Shown: piece by piece, positions 63,250 through 64,000 of the stretch
Layout: each line of letters starts with the position of its first letter
Numbering within the stretch: position 1 is the first letter of the stretch
Origin: Vicugna vicugna
Lineage: Eukaryota
Assembly: GCA_013265495.1 (NCBI GenBank)
Contig: MU058769.1
Location: forward strand, 520,477 to 584,476
Length of the DNA: 64,000 nucleotides
Reading direction: 5' to 3'
The notes under the pieces: generated by a model
What the model was told of the DNA's origin: nothing
Database searches by the model: none
The model's input: the letters and a program-made list of their open reading frames with translations, nothing else
Translations under genes and position numbers: made by a program

Positions 63250-64000
63250 CCTCAGGACCACCGGGGCAGCTGGGGCCAGCCTCAGGGAGACCCCTACTGG
63301 GATGGGGCGGGACCACTGGCCACTGCCTGCCTGTGCATCTCGGTTGGCCCCCCTCCCAAACGGGAGCTGGGGACCGAGGCCCCTCCTCTGCCTCAGACCA
63401 CCCTGCCTGCCCTTGCTCCCCGCTCCGAAGTCTCTTTCAGGCCCCGTGACCCCGAAACAATCCGCCCTGGGCAGCGAGCTTTGGGGATAGGATTAGGCAA
63501 AGGGGATCCCACAGACACTGGGGACTAAAGGTTTTAGGGGCTGGAGAACCGGGGTCGTCATAGAATAGGTCTTTACGGTCCATTAGAGGGAGAAGGCAGG
63601 GCGATTTCTCGGGGGGCGTTGTAAAGGTCTGAATAAGGATTTTTCCTTGGGGGGCGGGGTCCAGAGACCCCCCCATTATCTCCTAGGCAAGGCATCCCCT
63701 GCCAGACGGTACAGACCCCGCCCTTGACGTCACTAGGGGGTTCCCGGGGGTCTGGAGTGGTTAACCCTTGGGAAGCCAGCTGGGATACCCAGGAACCGCC
63801 CCCTCCCCAGACACACCTTATTTTTCCTAATCACTTTCTCCCCTTATAGTTTCTGGATTCTTTCTTTTCCACCTCACCGAGGGACTCCCACTCTCCAACA
63901 GAGCCCCCACCCCGTCCCCCCGCGCCACTGCCAGCTCTGGATGCTCCGAGGGGAGGAGGCAAGAATGTGTCCCGCCTCTCAATCCGCATCGCTCCCCCCC
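63250..64000 (+). promoter_or_regulatory. GLI1: GLI1 intron-1 CpG-rich regulatory region with GLI-like sites and a full CRE
   Basis: GACCACCGG at 63256-63264, GACCACTGG at 63311-63319, GACCACCCT at 63396-63404 and TGACGTCA at 63725-63732. Confidence 0.55.

Overview
Mammalian genomic DNA from the conserved R3HDM2(-) / INHBC(+) / INHBE(+) / GLI1(+) block. It is probably a camelid, inferred from young tRNA-Ala(AGC)-derived SINEs and young L1 3' ends. Bases 1-41.8 kb are an AT-rich, repeat-saturated region (L1, L2, MIR, MaLR/ERV LTRs, hAT and Tigger fossils, SINEs) that synteny places in the first intron of R3HDM2. Its CpG-island promoter and non-coding first exon lie at about 41.8-42.5 kb on the minus strand. 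Two intact two-exon TGF-beta-family genes follow: INHBC (46104-46416 + 53434-54176, 351 aa) and INHBE (58639-58936 + 59177-59934, 351 aa). The window ends in the GLI1 promoter, 5'-UTR exons and intron 1; no GLI1 CDS is present. I found no new gene system. The best leads are: unusual substitutions in mature activin beta-C; an ATF4/UPR/HNF4 motif cluster upstream of INHBE; a consensus RFX X-box upstream of GLI1; three ATGA-overlapped uORFs in a GLI1 alternative 5'-UTR exon; a 45-bp tandem duplication in the INHBC promoter; and SINE copies carrying extra 3' sequence inside their TSDs. Repeat family names and orthology statements come from recall, not from database searches, and boundaries of old repeats are approximate.
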